A stretch of 64,000 nt of DNA from an uncultured Nitrospirales bacterium (GCA_964411925.1 CAYPNI010000002.1:1653-65652); one strand, 5' to 3'. Positions 1 through 11,943 are shown, counted from the stretch's first letter. Program-made: numbers and translations. Notes: generated by a model from the sequence alone, not told the origin.

Positions 1-1895
<1,895 letters not shown>

Positions 1896-1928
1896 GCAGC
1901 ATTCACCTCAACAGTTGTGGTCGATAGA

Positions 1929-1953
1929 GCGACAGGGACGGTCCTCCCCTAAG
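1929..1953 (-). other. 8-bp stem-loop in the rpoB 5' leader (cggtcctc / 9-nt loop / gaggaccg)
   Basis: Perfect inverted repeat 1929-1936 / 1946-1953, 34-60 nt upstream of the rpoB ATG. On the mRNA strand the loop and 3' arm read AGGGGAGGA. Confidence 0.3.
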
Positions 1954-2065
1954 GAGAGGACCGGAAAGGACAGTTATAGTACAGACAGACGGAGCGCTCC
2001 AGGCCGCGCCGACGCTAGACGGTGTTCGACCCCCGCCGCGGTTGCACTGACTGACATCGGATCAA

Positions 2066-2101
2066 GCGGGTAGACTACAAAAGGGCGGAAGCACGTGTCA
2101 A
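2066..2101 (-). promoter_or_regulatory. Putative sigma70-like promoter for rpoB (minus-strand TTGACA, 18 nt spacer, TAGTCT)
   Basis: The reverse complement of 2096-2101 is TTGACA. 18 nt downstream the reverse complement of 2072-2077 is TAGTCT. This lies in the 270-nt leader between the BFN gene and rpoB. Confidence 0.25.
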
Positions 2102-2166
2102 GCAGGCGATGGGGAGTCGGTTCAGAGTTTCCCGGTCATCGTTATAACTAATTGCAACTGAATGGG

Positions 2167-2628
2167 TTAGGTGTCGTCCTCGGTCGCTTCGTCGTCTTCC
2201 TCAGGTTCTTCAGTCTCGACGATCCCCACATCCTGCGCGGCGGCGTCCATCACCTCGTCGGCGACGAAGATGGGGCACTTGGTCCGCATCGCGACGGCAA
2301 TTCCGTCGCTGGGCCGCGAGTCGATTCGGAGCACTTGTTCAATGTCGCCGGCGGCTGAGATCTGATTGACATTGAGATGGGCGAAGAACGTCTCGTTCTC
2401 AAGTTTATAGATGGTGACGGACTGTAGTTGGCCGCGCAGGCCTGCGAGGATGTTGCACACGAGGTCGTGCGTCATCGGCCGGCCGAGTTTCTCTTCCATC
2501 AGGCCGACCTGGATCGCCTGCGCCTCGGGCAGACCGACCACGATCGGCAGGACCCGATCCTCGTGCCTGAGCAGCACGACCGGGTGCGCGGCCCCATCGC
2601 TGACGCCCAGCACTTCCACTTCTATCAT
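2167..2628 (-). CDS. Bifunctional nuclease (BFN/DUF151) family protein
   Basis: From the internal Met: MIEVEVLGVSDGAAHPVVLLRHEDRVLPIVVGLPEAQAIQ...RPMTHDL...YKLENETFFAHL, with an acidic C-terminal tail. A strong AAGGAGG SD lies immediately upstream of the ATG at 2626-2628. The longer annotated ORF (to 2814) has an implausible N-terminus. Confidence 0.8.
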   Translation of the reverse strand: MIEVEVLGVSDGAAHPVVLLRHEDRVLPIVVGLPEAQAIQVGLMEEKLGRPMTHDLVCNILAGLRGQLQSVTIYKLENETFFAHLNVNQISAAGDIEQVLRIDSRPSDGIAVAMRTKCPIFVADEVMDAAAQDVGIVETEEPEEDDEATEDDT

Positions 2629-2771
2629 CGGCGCCTCCTTTCGGCGTGCCCGTATCATCATACGCAGAACGGCGTGCCGTGCGCGACCCGCCGGGACGCC
2701 GCGCGATCCGCGACGGCTCCCCGACTTATACTGTCGTCGCTTGATTGACTTGAGGCGGCGAGCGCAGAACC

Positions 2772-3404
2772 GTGACTGGACACGAGCGGAGAAACACGCG
2801 GGCGAATTGGTCACCGCTCAAATCGTTCGGCGGTAATTCGGGCCGCGTCCGCCTGGCGGTGTCTCTTGTCGCTTTGGTCCTCTCGTTCGGGACATTGGCG
2901 CTCATTCTCAGCAATCGGCTGGGCTTCTACGTCGTCCCGTCGGCATCGATGGAGCCGACATTGCATCCGAACGATCGCATTGTCGCCGTGGCGTCTACGG
3001 CGCACGAACGCGGCCAGGTCGTGGTCGTACGCGACCCGGTGAATCGGGAGGGATTTCTCGTCAAGCGCATCGTGGGCATGCCGGGTGACCGGGTCGAAGT
3101 GTTCAGCAAACGACTCGTGGTCAATGGGTTGCCGGTGAACGAGCCTTATCTTCGCGAACCGATCGACTATCAACTTCCCCCGACGACGTTGCCCGAGGGC
3201 GAGGTTTTCCTTCTGGGGGACAATCGCAACGAGAGCGAGGACAGCCATGTCTGGAAACACGGCGTCCCCGTGACGGACATCGTCGGCGTCGTACGATACA
3301 TCTATTCTCCCGGGGACCGCCGCGGTGTGCGCGTTTCGTATCCCGAGGTCTTCCGTGGCATCGCGCCCGCCTCGACCGCCGAGGCGAGAACGGCGGATCG
3401 GTGA
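2772..3404 (+). CDS. lepB: Signal peptidase I (S26 family), copy 1
   Basis: N-terminal TM helix, then motifs PSASMEPTL (catalytic Ser box), VKRIVGMPGDRVE and GDNRNESEDSHVW. Confidence 0.85.
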   Translation: MTGHERRNTRANWSPLKSFGGNSGRVRLAVSLVALVLSFGTLALILSNRLGFYVVPSASMEPTLHPNDRIVAVASTAHERGQVVVVRDPVNREGFLVKRIVGMPGDRVEVFSKRLVVNGLPVNEPYLREPIDYQLPPTTLPEGEVFLLGDNRNESEDSHVWKHGVPVTDIVGVVRYIYSPGDRRGVRVSYPEVFRGIAPASTAEARTADR

Positions 3405-4516
3405 ATCGTCTCGATCGTTACTTGCTGCTGGCCGTCCTGAGGCCATCCAGCCTGGCGTTTGCGGTTTCGTCGGTTTTCTTCCTCGCGCAGGAGATCAACG
3501 AACGATCACGATCCATCCTGGCCCAGGTAGTCGAGTTTACGGATCTGGCTCGGCTCACGTTCTACCTGTTCCCGTCGCTGTTGCCGTACGTACTGCCGGT
3601 GACGCTATTTTTCGGGGTATTGGCGGGATACGGGAAACTGGCTGAGCGTGGTGAACTGACGGCGATGTTTGCGGCAGGAATGTCGGCCCGGCGAATGTTT
3701 GCACCGTCGATCGTGTTGGCCGGCACGTCGATCGTCGCCATCGTCGCAATCCAGAATTACCTGCAACCGCTCGGCTTCTCCCGCGCGTACAACCTGATTC
3801 GCGCTGAACTTCCCGCCCGTGCCACGATCGACAGGCTCGAGCCGGGCGTGGTGCACAAGATTGGGAATTCGCGTATTTATTTCCACAGCAGCGACCCTGA
3901 TTTGAATGAGGTTTACGGCGTGGACGTCGTACGATTTGAGCCGGGGCAGGTGGCCACGGTGTTCCACGCCGAATCGGCGCACGTCGTAAAGGAGCCGTTC
4001 GGACAGTCGCTGGTGCTCGGCCGCGGGTTTACCGTCTCGTCCGATCGAATTCGCTCGTCGATGGAGCGCGCAATACTCCGGATTCCTGGCCCGGACCTTA
4101 CTTCCGGGTCGTTGAGAAAAACCCGATCCGGATCGAGCCTCCAAGAATTGTTCGCATTGGATAGGGACTTGACGGCCGCGGAGGAGGAATCGTCCACGCC
4201 GTCGAATCGGCTCGAGTTGCGGAAAACCAGACAGGAGATCTCCGATCGCCTGAGCCTGCCGTTTGCCGCGCTCGGTCTGGCGGCGATCGCGCCGCCGCTG
4301 GTGATCTGGCTCAACCGGAACCGCCGAACCTCCCGGGTGCGCTCGTTTGCGATCGGGCTCGGCATATTGGTCGCGTTCTACGTAGCCCGAACCATGCTTC
4401 AGCCGGAGGATTTGGTAGCGCTTGAGGCGGCGCTGGCGCTCGGTTGGCTGCCGAATGTTGCGGTGCTGGCCGCGGCGCTCCTGATGTATCGGCGGTTAGC
4501 CCGCGCTGCGGGCTAG
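3401..4516 (+). CDS. LPS export ABC permease, LptF/LptG (YjgP/YjgQ) family
   Basis: N-terminal MNRLDRYLL, typical of LptF/LptG. Multi-TM permease with a central periplasmic domain. ATGA overlap with lepB. Confidence 0.8.
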   Translation: MNRLDRYLLLAVLRPSSLAFAVSSVFFLAQEINERSRSILAQVVEFTDLARLTFYLFPSLLPYVLPVTLFFGVLAGYGKLAERGELTAMFAAGMSARRMFAPSIVLAGTSIVAIVAIQNYLQPLGFSRAYNLIRAELPARATIDRLEPGVVHKIGNSRIYFHSSDPDLNEVYGVDVVRFEPGQVATVFHAESAHVVKEPFGQSLVLGRGFTVSSDRIRSSMERAILRIPGPDLTSGSLRKTRSGSSLQELFALDRDLTAAEEESSTPSNRLELRKTRQEISDRLSLPFAALGLAAIAPPLVIWLNRNRRTSRVRSFAIGLGILVAFYVARTMLQPEDLVALEAALALGWLPNVAVLAAALLMYRRLARAAG

Positions 4517-4521
4517 GGACG

Positions 4522-5637
4522 GTGCGGTTGAAAATTCTCTCGCGACACCTCGGGTCCTCGATCATCAGTGCGTTTTCGATCGCGTTACTCGCGCTGTGTT
4601 TTCTGTACGTGTTGATCGATCTCGTCACGCGTTTGATCGACGACGTGGTCGAGTTCGGCATACCCTGGACCGCTGTCCTGCGGTACTACGCGGCGATCGT
4701 TCCCGTCGCGATTGTGGAGTACCATCTGGCCGGCTTCGCATTGCTCATCGCCGTGCTCGCTGTCATGGGAGCGCACGCCCGCCGGCAGGAACTCACGGCG
4801 ATGCTCGCCGCGGGCGTCCCGCTGCACCGGCAGGCGCTGCCCGCACTTACCGTCGCGCTGGTCGTCATGGCCGGATTGCTGGCGACGTCCCAATGGGTCG
4901 CACCGCAGTCCGAGCGCGAGAGGATGTCGTTCGAGGCGGAATACCTCTCGGAATCGGTACTCGAATACTGGGGAATTCGCGAACCCGTGAGCTGGTCGAG
5001 TCTGGAGGGCGGGTGGACTTGCCACATCACCAAGTTCAATCGCGTCGCGCTCTCGGGGGAGGAGGCCTTTCTACTTTCGCTCGCCGAGGGTCGGGAGGAA
5101 CACATCCGCGCGAAGCGAATTTTCTGGGACCCGGGACGCCGGGCGTGGATTCTGGAAGACGGATCCTGGGCCGTCTATCAGGCGCGGGAGGGTTCTGACG
5201 GCAACTCTGCGATGACCGAACAGCGGATCACCCAGATCGAGGCCCCCCTGACCGAGACCCCTGAGGAGCTATTCGAGCCGTCAGACCCGCCGGCCGGGTT
5301 CTCGACTTCGAAGCTCCCGGCCATCATCCGCTCCGGGGAGAGCCGAAACGTCCCTGTGCGCGCATTGCGCGTGGAGTTCCATTCCAGGTTTGCGAGCGCA
5401 GCGCTTCCGGTCGTGATGGTAGTGCTCGCGGTGCCATTGGGTTCCCAGATTCGCAGGGGAGGCCGTTCGGCGGCGATTACCGTGGCCGTGGGTTTGGCAC
5501 TGGCCTACCTCATTCTATTCGCGATTAGCTTGAATCTTGGGCGTATCGGCCGGATTGAGCCTGTATGGTCTGCATGGCTGACGAATCTTGCGTTTGGCGG
5601 GGTGGGATTGGTGCTGTTTCGTCGCGCTCCCACGTGA
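4522..5637 (+). CDS. Second LptF/LptG family permease
   Basis: A GTG at 4522 gives VRLKILSRHLGSSII..., an LptF/G-like N-terminus right after the stop of the upstream permease at 4514-4516. The rest is TM-rich. The ORF-track start at 4444 is probably too far upstream. Confidence 0.7.
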   Translation: MRLKILSRHLGSSIISAFSIALLALCFLYVLIDLVTRLIDDVVEFGIPWTAVLRYYAAIVPVAIVEYHLAGFALLIAVLAVMGAHARRQELTAMLAAGVPLHRQALPALTVALVVMAGLLATSQWVAPQSERERMSFEAEYLSESVLEYWGIREPVSWSSLEGGWTCHITKFNRVALSGEEAFLLSLAEGREEHIRAKRIFWDPGRRAWILEDGSWAVYQAREGSDGNSAMTEQRITQIEAPLTETPEELFEPSDPPAGFSTSKLPAIIRSGESRNVPVRALRVEFHSRFASAALPVVMVVLAVPLGSQIRRGGRSAAITVAVGLALAYLILFAISLNLGRIGRIEPVWSAWLTNLAFGGVGLVLFRRAPT

Positions 5638-5648
5638 TTTTCGGCCAT

Positions 5649-5678
5649 TTCGACTGACTTCGACTCGAATCGACTGAC
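5649..5678. promoter_or_regulatory. Three tandem 10-bp direct repeats (tTCGACTgAc / TTCGACTcgA / aTCGACTGAC) upstream of the DUF2961-like gene
   Basis: Read directly from the sequence. Period of 10 bp (one helical turn), about 100 nt upstream of the ATG at 5777. The pattern fits a response-regulator or iteron-like binding site. Confidence 0.25.
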
Positions 5679-5776
5679 GCAACTCCAAGCTGTTAAAGCA
5701 CTTGCAGCCACCCGGATACTCTGGTACACTTTCAAACGGGGGAAAGTTCAAGTCACGTATTTGGGGGGACCTTCGC

Positions 5777-7306
5777 ATGCGAGTCCTATGCGTTGGGGTG
5801 GTGGTCTGTCTATGTGCCGCCGGTTCCGCGTTCGCGGACAAGCGCGCGCCCGAGGGGTGGACCGTTCCGCTCGATCAGCTCGGCCTTAATGGCTCACTGG
5901 AGCGGCTGCCCGATCCGAAGAACTGGCAGGTCAGGCAGGTATCCAGTTACGACCGTGCGGGCGGCAACGCCGATGATCACGGCGGCCATCAGGTGTATGA
6001 GGGTGGCGTCGTCATGGCGGACCTCGAGGGTCCGGGGGTGATCACGCGGATCTGGACGCGCAATCCCAGCGGCACGATCTACATTTACGTGGATGACATT
6101 GAACATCCGCTGTTGACGGTTCCTTTTCAGGACTTTTTTACGGGCTCCCTCGAATTGTGGAGCCCGGCTTTCAACCTCATGGGTGTGCCGTTTGTTGGAG
6201 AGTCCACCGGCGGCTACTACAGCTACATCCCGATTCCGTATGAGCGGCATTGCCGAATCATCGCTACGCCGACGGAAGACGCGCTGACCTACCAGGTCAC
6301 GTACGCCGAGCTTCCCAAGGAGACGCCGGTGCGGTCTTTCGGCCTTCGCCTGACGGATGACGACCGCGAATTCTTCCGGAGGTGGAAAGATTCCTGGAAG
6401 GGGCTGGCGCTTCGGTGGCCGTCCAAGGACGAGAAAATGCACAAATCCCGGCACAACTTCTGGCCGGGCGCGGACACACTGGTTTACCCGATTGTGGGCC
6501 CCGGCACCATCACGGAAATCGAATTTACCGTGGAATCGGCGGACCAGCAGACGATGGAAGGTACGTACCTCTCCATTCATTTCGATGGCGAGGAAGAACC
6601 GTCGGTCTACGCGCCGATCGGCACCTTTTTCGGCACGGCGACCCAGAATGCCGAGGAGCATAGCAGCGTTGTTGTCGGCCGGGTAGACGGCCGGATGTGG
6701 TGCCGGTTTCCGATGCCGTTCCGCACGGGCGCTGAGATCCGCATCGTCAACACGACCAAGCAGCTAACGGACGTCGGCTACTGGATCACGTGGCGCCCCG
6801 GGGACGTCGGCGACGCGCGGTATTTCCACGCGAAGTCGGCGGAAACCGTTACGGTGGAAGGCAAGCCGGTCGTAGTGGCGGACATCCGCGGCAAGGGGCA
6901 TTACGTCGGCACGACGGTGGCGGCGCGCAACGCCGACTCGCTGACGTTCCTCGAGGGAGACGATGTCTACCTTGTGGACGGCGCGAGCGCGGATAGTTTC
7001 CATGGTACGGGCACGGACGACTACTTCAATTCCGGATGGTACTTTGCGACAGGGCCGGCCTCCGCGCCGACCCACGCGGTGACCGTGAAAGAAACGGGGG
7101 CTCCGTCGGGCTTCGTGGCGTTCCGGAGCCACCTGACCGAACCGGTTCCGTTCACGAAGTCATTTGTCTTCGAACTTGAGCACGGCCCGCATAACGACCG
7201 GCCGGGCGTGACGTATTCGAGTGTGGCGTATTGGTACGAGGCGCCGGCGGATGCCCAGGCAGGAGGCGACACGCAGCTCGCTGCGTACGATCCGGGCCAG
7301 CCTTAA
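5777..7306 (+). CDS. Secreted DUF2961-like (GH172-like) protein
   Basis: Signal peptide MRVLCVGVVVCLCAAGSAFA. The Gly/aromatic-rich beta fold with YSYIPIPYERH and FHGTGTDDYFNSGWYF is reminiscent of DUF2961. The family call is from memory, not searched. Confidence 0.6.
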   Translation: MRVLCVGVVVCLCAAGSAFADKRAPEGWTVPLDQLGLNGSLERLPDPKNWQVRQVSSYDRAGGNADDHGGHQVYEGGVVMADLEGPGVITRIWTRNPSGTIYIYVDDIEHPLLTVPFQDFFTGSLELWSPAFNLMGVPFVGESTGGYYSYIPIPYERHCRIIATPTEDALTYQVTYAELPKETPVRSFGLRLTDDDREFFRRWKDSWKGLALRWPSKDEKMHKSRHNFWPGADTLVYPIVGPGTITEIEFTVESADQQTMEGTYLSIHFDGEEEPSVYAPIGTFFGTATQNAEEHSSVVVGRVDGRMWCRFPMPFRTGAEIRIVNTTKQLTDVGYWITWRPGDVGDARYFHAKSAETVTVEGKPVVVADIRGKGHYVGTTVAARNADSLTFLEGDDVYLVDGASADSFHGTGTDDYFNSGWYFATGPASAPTHAVTVKETGAPSGFVAFRSHLTEPVPFTKSFVFELEHGPHNDRPGVTYSSVAYWYEAPADAQAGGDTQLAAYDPGQP

Positions 7307-7399
7307 GCCCGTTTCCCCGATAGCACCAACCCCCCACGAGAATTGGATTTGGGAGCGCCCTGCATCGCCGGGGCGCGGCCAGGTGAGGAGGAGGTAGAC

Positions 7400-9424
7400 G
7401 TGGATCGGATGATGCGTTTGATAATGCCGTGCGCCGCGCTTGCGCTGGTGGCGGGGTGCGCGACGACGCCCGAGGGAGCGGATTCGACTCCGCGCCTGAA
7501 TTCGGGCAGCAGCTCGGCGTCGCACATGGCGGAGCACATGCAGTTTGAGCCGCTGCCGCTGGCGACGGTCGATGCCGTGGAAGATCTCTCCGCACCTGAA
7601 CCGCGGCCCACGGCCGAGCTCATCGCCGAGGCCCGAGAGGCGTTTGCAGCGGCCAATACGGCGATTGAAGCGGGCGACGAGGAAGCGGCCTACCAGAATT
7701 ACACGATCATGATGGAGCGGTTGCTGGAGGCCGACCTGGATCCGGCGACGTTCTACGGATTGCGCGAGGAATTCTCGGGCATCCTTTCGCAGTCGTTCGA
7801 AATCGCGCGGAACTACGACCGGCCGGACCACGAATCGGGGACGGGCGACTATCTCGCGGACTTCGGCGTGGACCACGCGCAGCCGCTCAACGCGCGCGTC
7901 CAGGCGGAAATCGACGCCATCCAGCGCGTCTATCCCAAGAGCTTCCAGGCGGGACTCGATCGCAGCTACCGGTATCTGCCGCATATCCGCGCGGAATTCG
8001 CGAAGGCGGGCCTACCCGAGGACCTGGTCTGGCTCGCGATGGTGGAGAGCCAATTCACGCCGAAAATCAATTCGCATGCGGGCGCGGGCGGCATGTGGCA
8101 ATTCATGCGCAGCACAGGGCGCCGGTACGGCCTTTCGAACGACTGGTATCTGGACGAACGCTACGACTGGAAGCAGTCCACGCAGGCGGCGGTGCAATAC
8201 CTCTCGGACCTTTACACGATGTTCGACGGCAATTGGCCGCTCGCCATCACCGCGTACAACATGGGTGAGGCGGGTCTCGAAGGCGCGATCGCGTCCACCG
8301 GCGGCGAGCGCGACCTCTGGCGCCTGATCGAAACGCCGCCGGCATCGCGGCGCATTCGCCTGGAATCCAAGCGCTTCTACGCGAAGTTTCTGGCTTCGGC
8401 CATCGTGGCGAATAACCCGGAGCAGTACGGGTTCGAACGCCGGCCGCAGGACGAAGAGCGCACGGAGTACGTGACCGTGGACGGTTCGTATTCTCTCTCG
8501 GACGTCGAAGACCAGATCGGTGCGGCGCGGGGCAGCCTCGCCCGGCTGAATCCTCAGTATCTACGCGGATATACGCCGCCGGCCCGCGTGACGCAGCTGG
8601 CGGTCCCGACGGAACTTCGCGAGAAGACGGCGAGCGCGATTGAACACATGCCGGAGATGCGCCTGGGCAGCCACACGGTGCAGCGTGGCGAGACCCTCTC
8701 GGGAATCGCTTCAACGTACAAAGTGACCCTTGCCGAACTGCAGCGCACGAACAACATCAAGTCGCCCAAGTCGCTCCAGATCGGGCAGAAACTCATTATC
8801 CCCGGCTTCGAGGAATCGTCGAGCCCGGTGGTCGCGGCCGAACCGGGCGCGACGACGTACACCGTGCGGCGCGGGGACAGCCTCTCGACCATCGCCGCCG
8901 CGCACCGCGTGACGGTGCGTGACCTGCAACGCTGGAACAACATGGGCAACAGCACGACGATCACCGCGGGGAAGCGGGTGGTCGTCGCCGCATCGGCCGC
9001 GCCGGCCAACACGAAGACCGCAGCCGCGCCGTCGAAATCCGGCGACGTCGTATATCACACGGTCAAGAAGGGGGAATATCCGGGCAAGATCGCCAGCAGT
9101 TACGGCGTCGCCCTGGAGGATTTCCTTTCGTGGAACAACCTCAACAGTCGCTCGACGATTCGCGTTGGTCAGCGGCTCAAGATCCTCACGCCGGCCGCCA
9201 AGCCCGAACCGCAGGTTGTCGCCGCGGCGACGGTTGAGGGTCTCAGCATCCCGCGCACGCACGTCGTGGCGCGCGGCGAGTCTGCGTGGACGATCGCGCA
9301 AAAGCACGGCGTCGCGCCGACCGACTTGCTCAAGTGGAACCGGCTGAGCTCGGATTCCGTGTTGCGCGAGGGCGACCAACTCGTGATCGACAATCCGGAT
9401 TCGACGGAACGGCCCGCGTTCTAA
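7400..9424 (+). CDS. mltD: Membrane-bound lytic murein transglycosylase D-like lipoprotein with 4 C-terminal LysM domains
   Basis: Lipobox LALVAGC. SLT domain ESQFTPKINSHAGAGGMWQFMRSTGRRYGL...AYNMGEAG. Four LysM repeats (HTVQRGETLSGIAS..., YTVRRGDSLSTIAA..., YHTVKKGEYPGKIAS..., HVVARGESAWTIAQ...). GGAGGAGG SD ahead of GTG 7400 / ATG 7409. Confidence 0.8.
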   Translation: MDRMMRLIMPCAALALVAGCATTPEGADSTPRLNSGSSSASHMAEHMQFEPLPLATVDAVEDLSAPEPRPTAELIAEAREAFAAANTAIEAGDEEAAYQNYTIMMERLLEADLDPATFYGLREEFSGILSQSFEIARNYDRPDHESGTGDYLADFGVDHAQPLNARVQAEIDAIQRVYPKSFQAGLDRSYRYLPHIRAEFAKAGLPEDLVWLAMVESQFTPKINSHAGAGGMWQFMRSTGRRYGLSNDWYLDERYDWKQSTQAAVQYLSDLYTMFDGNWPLAITAYNMGEAGLEGAIASTGGERDLWRLIETPPASRRIRLESKRFYAKFLASAIVANNPEQYGFERRPQDEERTEYVTVDGSYSLSDVEDQIGAARGSLARLNPQYLRGYTPPARVTQLAVPTELREKTASAIEHMPEMRLGSHTVQRGETLSGIASTYKVTLAELQRTNNIKSPKSLQIGQKLIIPGFEESSSPVVAAEPGATTYTVRRGDSLSTIAAAHRVTVRDLQRWNNMGNSTTITAGKRVVVAASAAPANTKTAAAPSKSGDVVYHTVKKGEYPGKIASSYGVALEDFLSWNNLNSRSTIRVGQRLKILTPAAKPEPQVVAAATVEGLSIPRTHVVARGESAWTIAQKHGVAPTDLLKWNRLSSDSVLREGDQLVIDNPDSTERPAF

Positions 9425-10029
9425 CGCGACATCCGGGCAGGCCGGGAGCGACCGGCCTGCGCACAGATCGCGTCGAACAGGCGCGAGACGGGCTCAATTC
9501 CGAAGTCGTCAAAGTTTCTCGGGTTGGTCCAAAACTCCTCGAGCCGGCCGCGGTGTTCGTGCTCGTACATGATCACCTTGATCATCATTTGGGCCTTGTC
9601 CAGGCCGCGCAGCAGCCGGGCCTCGCGGCTTGACGCCTGCAGAAACTCGCGGTGATACGCGGCATACCGCTTGTCGAATGAATCGAGCATCCGCTCGGTG
9701 ATGGCCTGCTCGGCCTCGGCCTTCGCCTCGCGTAGATGCTGGTCCACGGCCGGCATGGGAACGTCCATTGTCACCGCCTCGGACAAGTCGTGCGTGAGGG
9801 CCATCGCGAGCACTTTGGCCTGGTCGAACTCGCCCGGGCAATGCTCCGTCACCAGCAGCGCCATGAGCGCGACGAAATGGCTGTGCGCGGAGACGCTCTC
9901 GGGCTCGGAGACGCCACGCAGGAGAAACCCCGCGCGCGGGACGCGGTCCAGCGGGTGAATCGCTTCGAAGAGGGAGAGCAGTCGCTGTTCGAACGAGGGC
10001 ATCGGCGCGAGTATGCCAGAGCGGCGCAT
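9421..10029 (-). CDS. HD-domain phosphohydrolase (YfbR-like 5'-deoxynucleotidase family)
   Basis: ESVSAHSHFVALMALL...THDLSEAVTMDVP, an HD motif arrangement. The start is ambiguous (M at 10029 or 10002). Confidence 0.65.
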   Translation of the reverse strand: MRRSGILAPMPSFEQRLLSLFEAIHPLDRVPRAGFLLRGVSEPESVSAHSHFVALMALLVTEHCPGEFDQAKVLAMALTHDLSEAVTMDVPMPAVDQHLREAKAEAEQAITERMLDSFDKRYAAYHREFLQASSREARLLRGLDKAQMMIKVIMYEHEHRGRLEEFWTNPRNFDDFGIEPVSRLFDAICAQAGRSRPARMSR

Positions 10030-10087
10030 TGGCTCGAAACGCCGCCGACAGGTAGAATGGGCGCTCTTCTTTGAGCGGGACGACCCC

Positions 10088-10675
10088 ATGAGCGACGCCG
10101 GTTACATCAACTACTACGACATTCTGGGTCTGCGCGACAACGCCAACCCCGGCGAGGTGCGCAATACGTACCGCACGAAAATGAAGGCGCTGGTGCAGGA
10201 GATCAAGCGAAGCACCATCACGGAGGACCGGCGCGCGCAGTTCATTCTCGAGATGGCCAAGATGAACGGCGCAGTGATCGTCCTGCGCGACACCGCGCGT
10301 CGCGAGGCGTACTGGAAGGAGCGCGAGGAACTGATCGCGCTGGAGAAGCGGTGGTGCGAGGCGGCGGACCGCGACCCCGATCCGGAAAAGACGGACTTGC
10401 TGCGCCGCGAGTTTGACGGGCGAATCCGCTCATTCTTGAGCAAGTACGTCGAGGAAACGATGCTCGAAGCCGCGCTGGACAAGGAAGTCGCGGAGACAAG
10501 CGGCTGGAACGTCTATTACTCGCGCTATGCGTTGAACCTGCTGCGGCACTACCGCCACCTGCTCTACCACGACATCCTCGAACGCCTGCCCTATCACGCC
10601 GTGACGCGGCCCGCGATCGACTGGACCGAGCGCGCGAGGCTGGTCGAGCGCGTGGTATCCGGGAAGGGGGCCTGA
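10088..10675 (+). CDS. Hypothetical protein with an N-terminal J-domain-like region lacking the HPD motif
   Basis: YYDILGLRDNANPGEVRNTYRTKMKALVQEIKRS resembles J-domain helices I-II, but VQE replaces HPD. Confidence 0.55.
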   Translation: MSDAGYINYYDILGLRDNANPGEVRNTYRTKMKALVQEIKRSTITEDRRAQFILEMAKMNGAVIVLRDTARREAYWKEREELIALEKRWCEAADRDPDPEKTDLLRREFDGRIRSFLSKYVEETMLEAALDKEVAETSGWNVYYSRYALNLLRHYRHLLYHDILERLPYHAVTRPAIDWTERARLVERVVSGKGA

Positions 10676-10677
10676 AC

Positions 10678-11790
10678 GTGGCCAGAAAGCAATCGATCGC
10701 GCCAAAGTCCGTCAACCCGGAAGCGGTCGCGGAGGCGATTGCCAAGAGCGTGGCGGACGGCGACATCGTCAATTTCCGGCTGCTGTTCTCGTCGTTTTCG
10801 CCCGCGCGGGCGGATTCGAGCGAAGCATTCAGCGACGAGAAATACGCCTACCTGCTGCCGACGGACGAGGAGCGGCGCGACGCGGCGTTTACGGGAGCGC
10901 TCGGCGCGGCACGCAGCGTGGAGACGCGGGCGCTCGTGGACCGCGAACTCGCGGCGAACCGGCCGGCACAACTTCCATCCGAACTGGTACTCCTGCTTGC
11001 GGACAACGCGGTGCGGCTGGGTAAGTGGACCAGCGCGTCGCAGGCGTACGAGCTGTTGCGTTTGCGCCGCCGCATGCAGGAGGAATTCCTTAAACAAGGG
11101 CTGGCGGCGCTCGATTCGGGCGACATCGGCCGGGCGGTGCGGGGTGTGCGAATCGGCGCGGCATTGGCCTACGACTATGCGGCGTTCCCCGAGCCGATGC
11201 CGATGGTGCCGCAGTATCAGAGCAAGGCGCTGATGTTGCACGCGCTCTACCCCATGCGCGCGGAGGATTGCCTCGCGCTGGCCGAGCCGGAGGCGCACGT
11301 CCAGACTGCGTTGAACTATCTACTCGTCGATACAACGAGCGCGGGACGGCTCGAGTCCGCGCCGCTGGAGAAACGGATCGCGTTCGTGAAAGCGCTCGTC
11401 GCGGAGATCGATCCTGACTGGGCGACATTCGTAGCGCGGTTCGCGGACGCGTGCCGGCTCACGCTCGAATTCGGTGAACGGTCACGGCGGCTCGGCCGGC
11501 ACGAGGACGAGACGCTGGTTGACGAAATTGAGGAACAGCAGTCGGACGATCCGTGGGCCATCACGCGCGCACTGCTGGGACGCGACATTCCGGGGGCCGC
11601 CTGGTGGCAATACTTAAAGGAACTGGCGTATGAGCATCCCGCATCGGTCCTGTTTATCTCGCGTCAGGTGATCGGCGAGCACGAAATCCTGATGCCGCGC
11701 CTGCGGGCCGGGGCGCCGCTGGCCCCCGCCCTGGGCCTCGCGGAGCTTGTATCGGAATCGGCGGCAGGGACTGGCGCTTCGGGGGCGTAG
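10678..11790 (+). CDS. Hypothetical protein, co-oriented 3 nt downstream of the J-like gene
   Basis: 370-aa ORF starting at GTG with no recognisable motifs. High-GC coding bias in this frame. Confidence 0.5.
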   Translation: MARKQSIAPKSVNPEAVAEAIAKSVADGDIVNFRLLFSSFSPARADSSEAFSDEKYAYLLPTDEERRDAAFTGALGAARSVETRALVDRELAANRPAQLPSELVLLLADNAVRLGKWTSASQAYELLRLRRRMQEEFLKQGLAALDSGDIGRAVRGVRIGAALAYDYAAFPEPMPMVPQYQSKALMLHALYPMRAEDCLALAEPEAHVQTALNYLLVDTTSAGRLESAPLEKRIAFVKALVAEIDPDWATFVARFADACRLTLEFGERSRRLGRHEDETLVDEIEEQQSDDPWAITRALLGRDIPGAAWWQYLKELAYEHPASVLFISRQVIGEHEILMPRLRAGAPLAPALGLAELVSESAAGTGASGA

Positions 11791-11943
11791 CGGGAGGCCC
11801 GATTCCGCCGGCCCATGCGGTATTTCCGGATTCGCTGGAGTTTTCGCGTCCTTTTTTGTGTTAAATCTGTCATGCGTTTACTTGTTGACCGATTGCGTGT
11901 TACATTTCAGCTCTAAGTAGAGGCCACAGGAAGCTTTAGCCCG

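Noticed and set aside
11840-11875. Candidate intrinsic terminator after the 370-aa hypothetical gene (T-run cttttttgtg)
   Set aside because: I could not find a convincing GC-rich stem immediately preceding the T-run.
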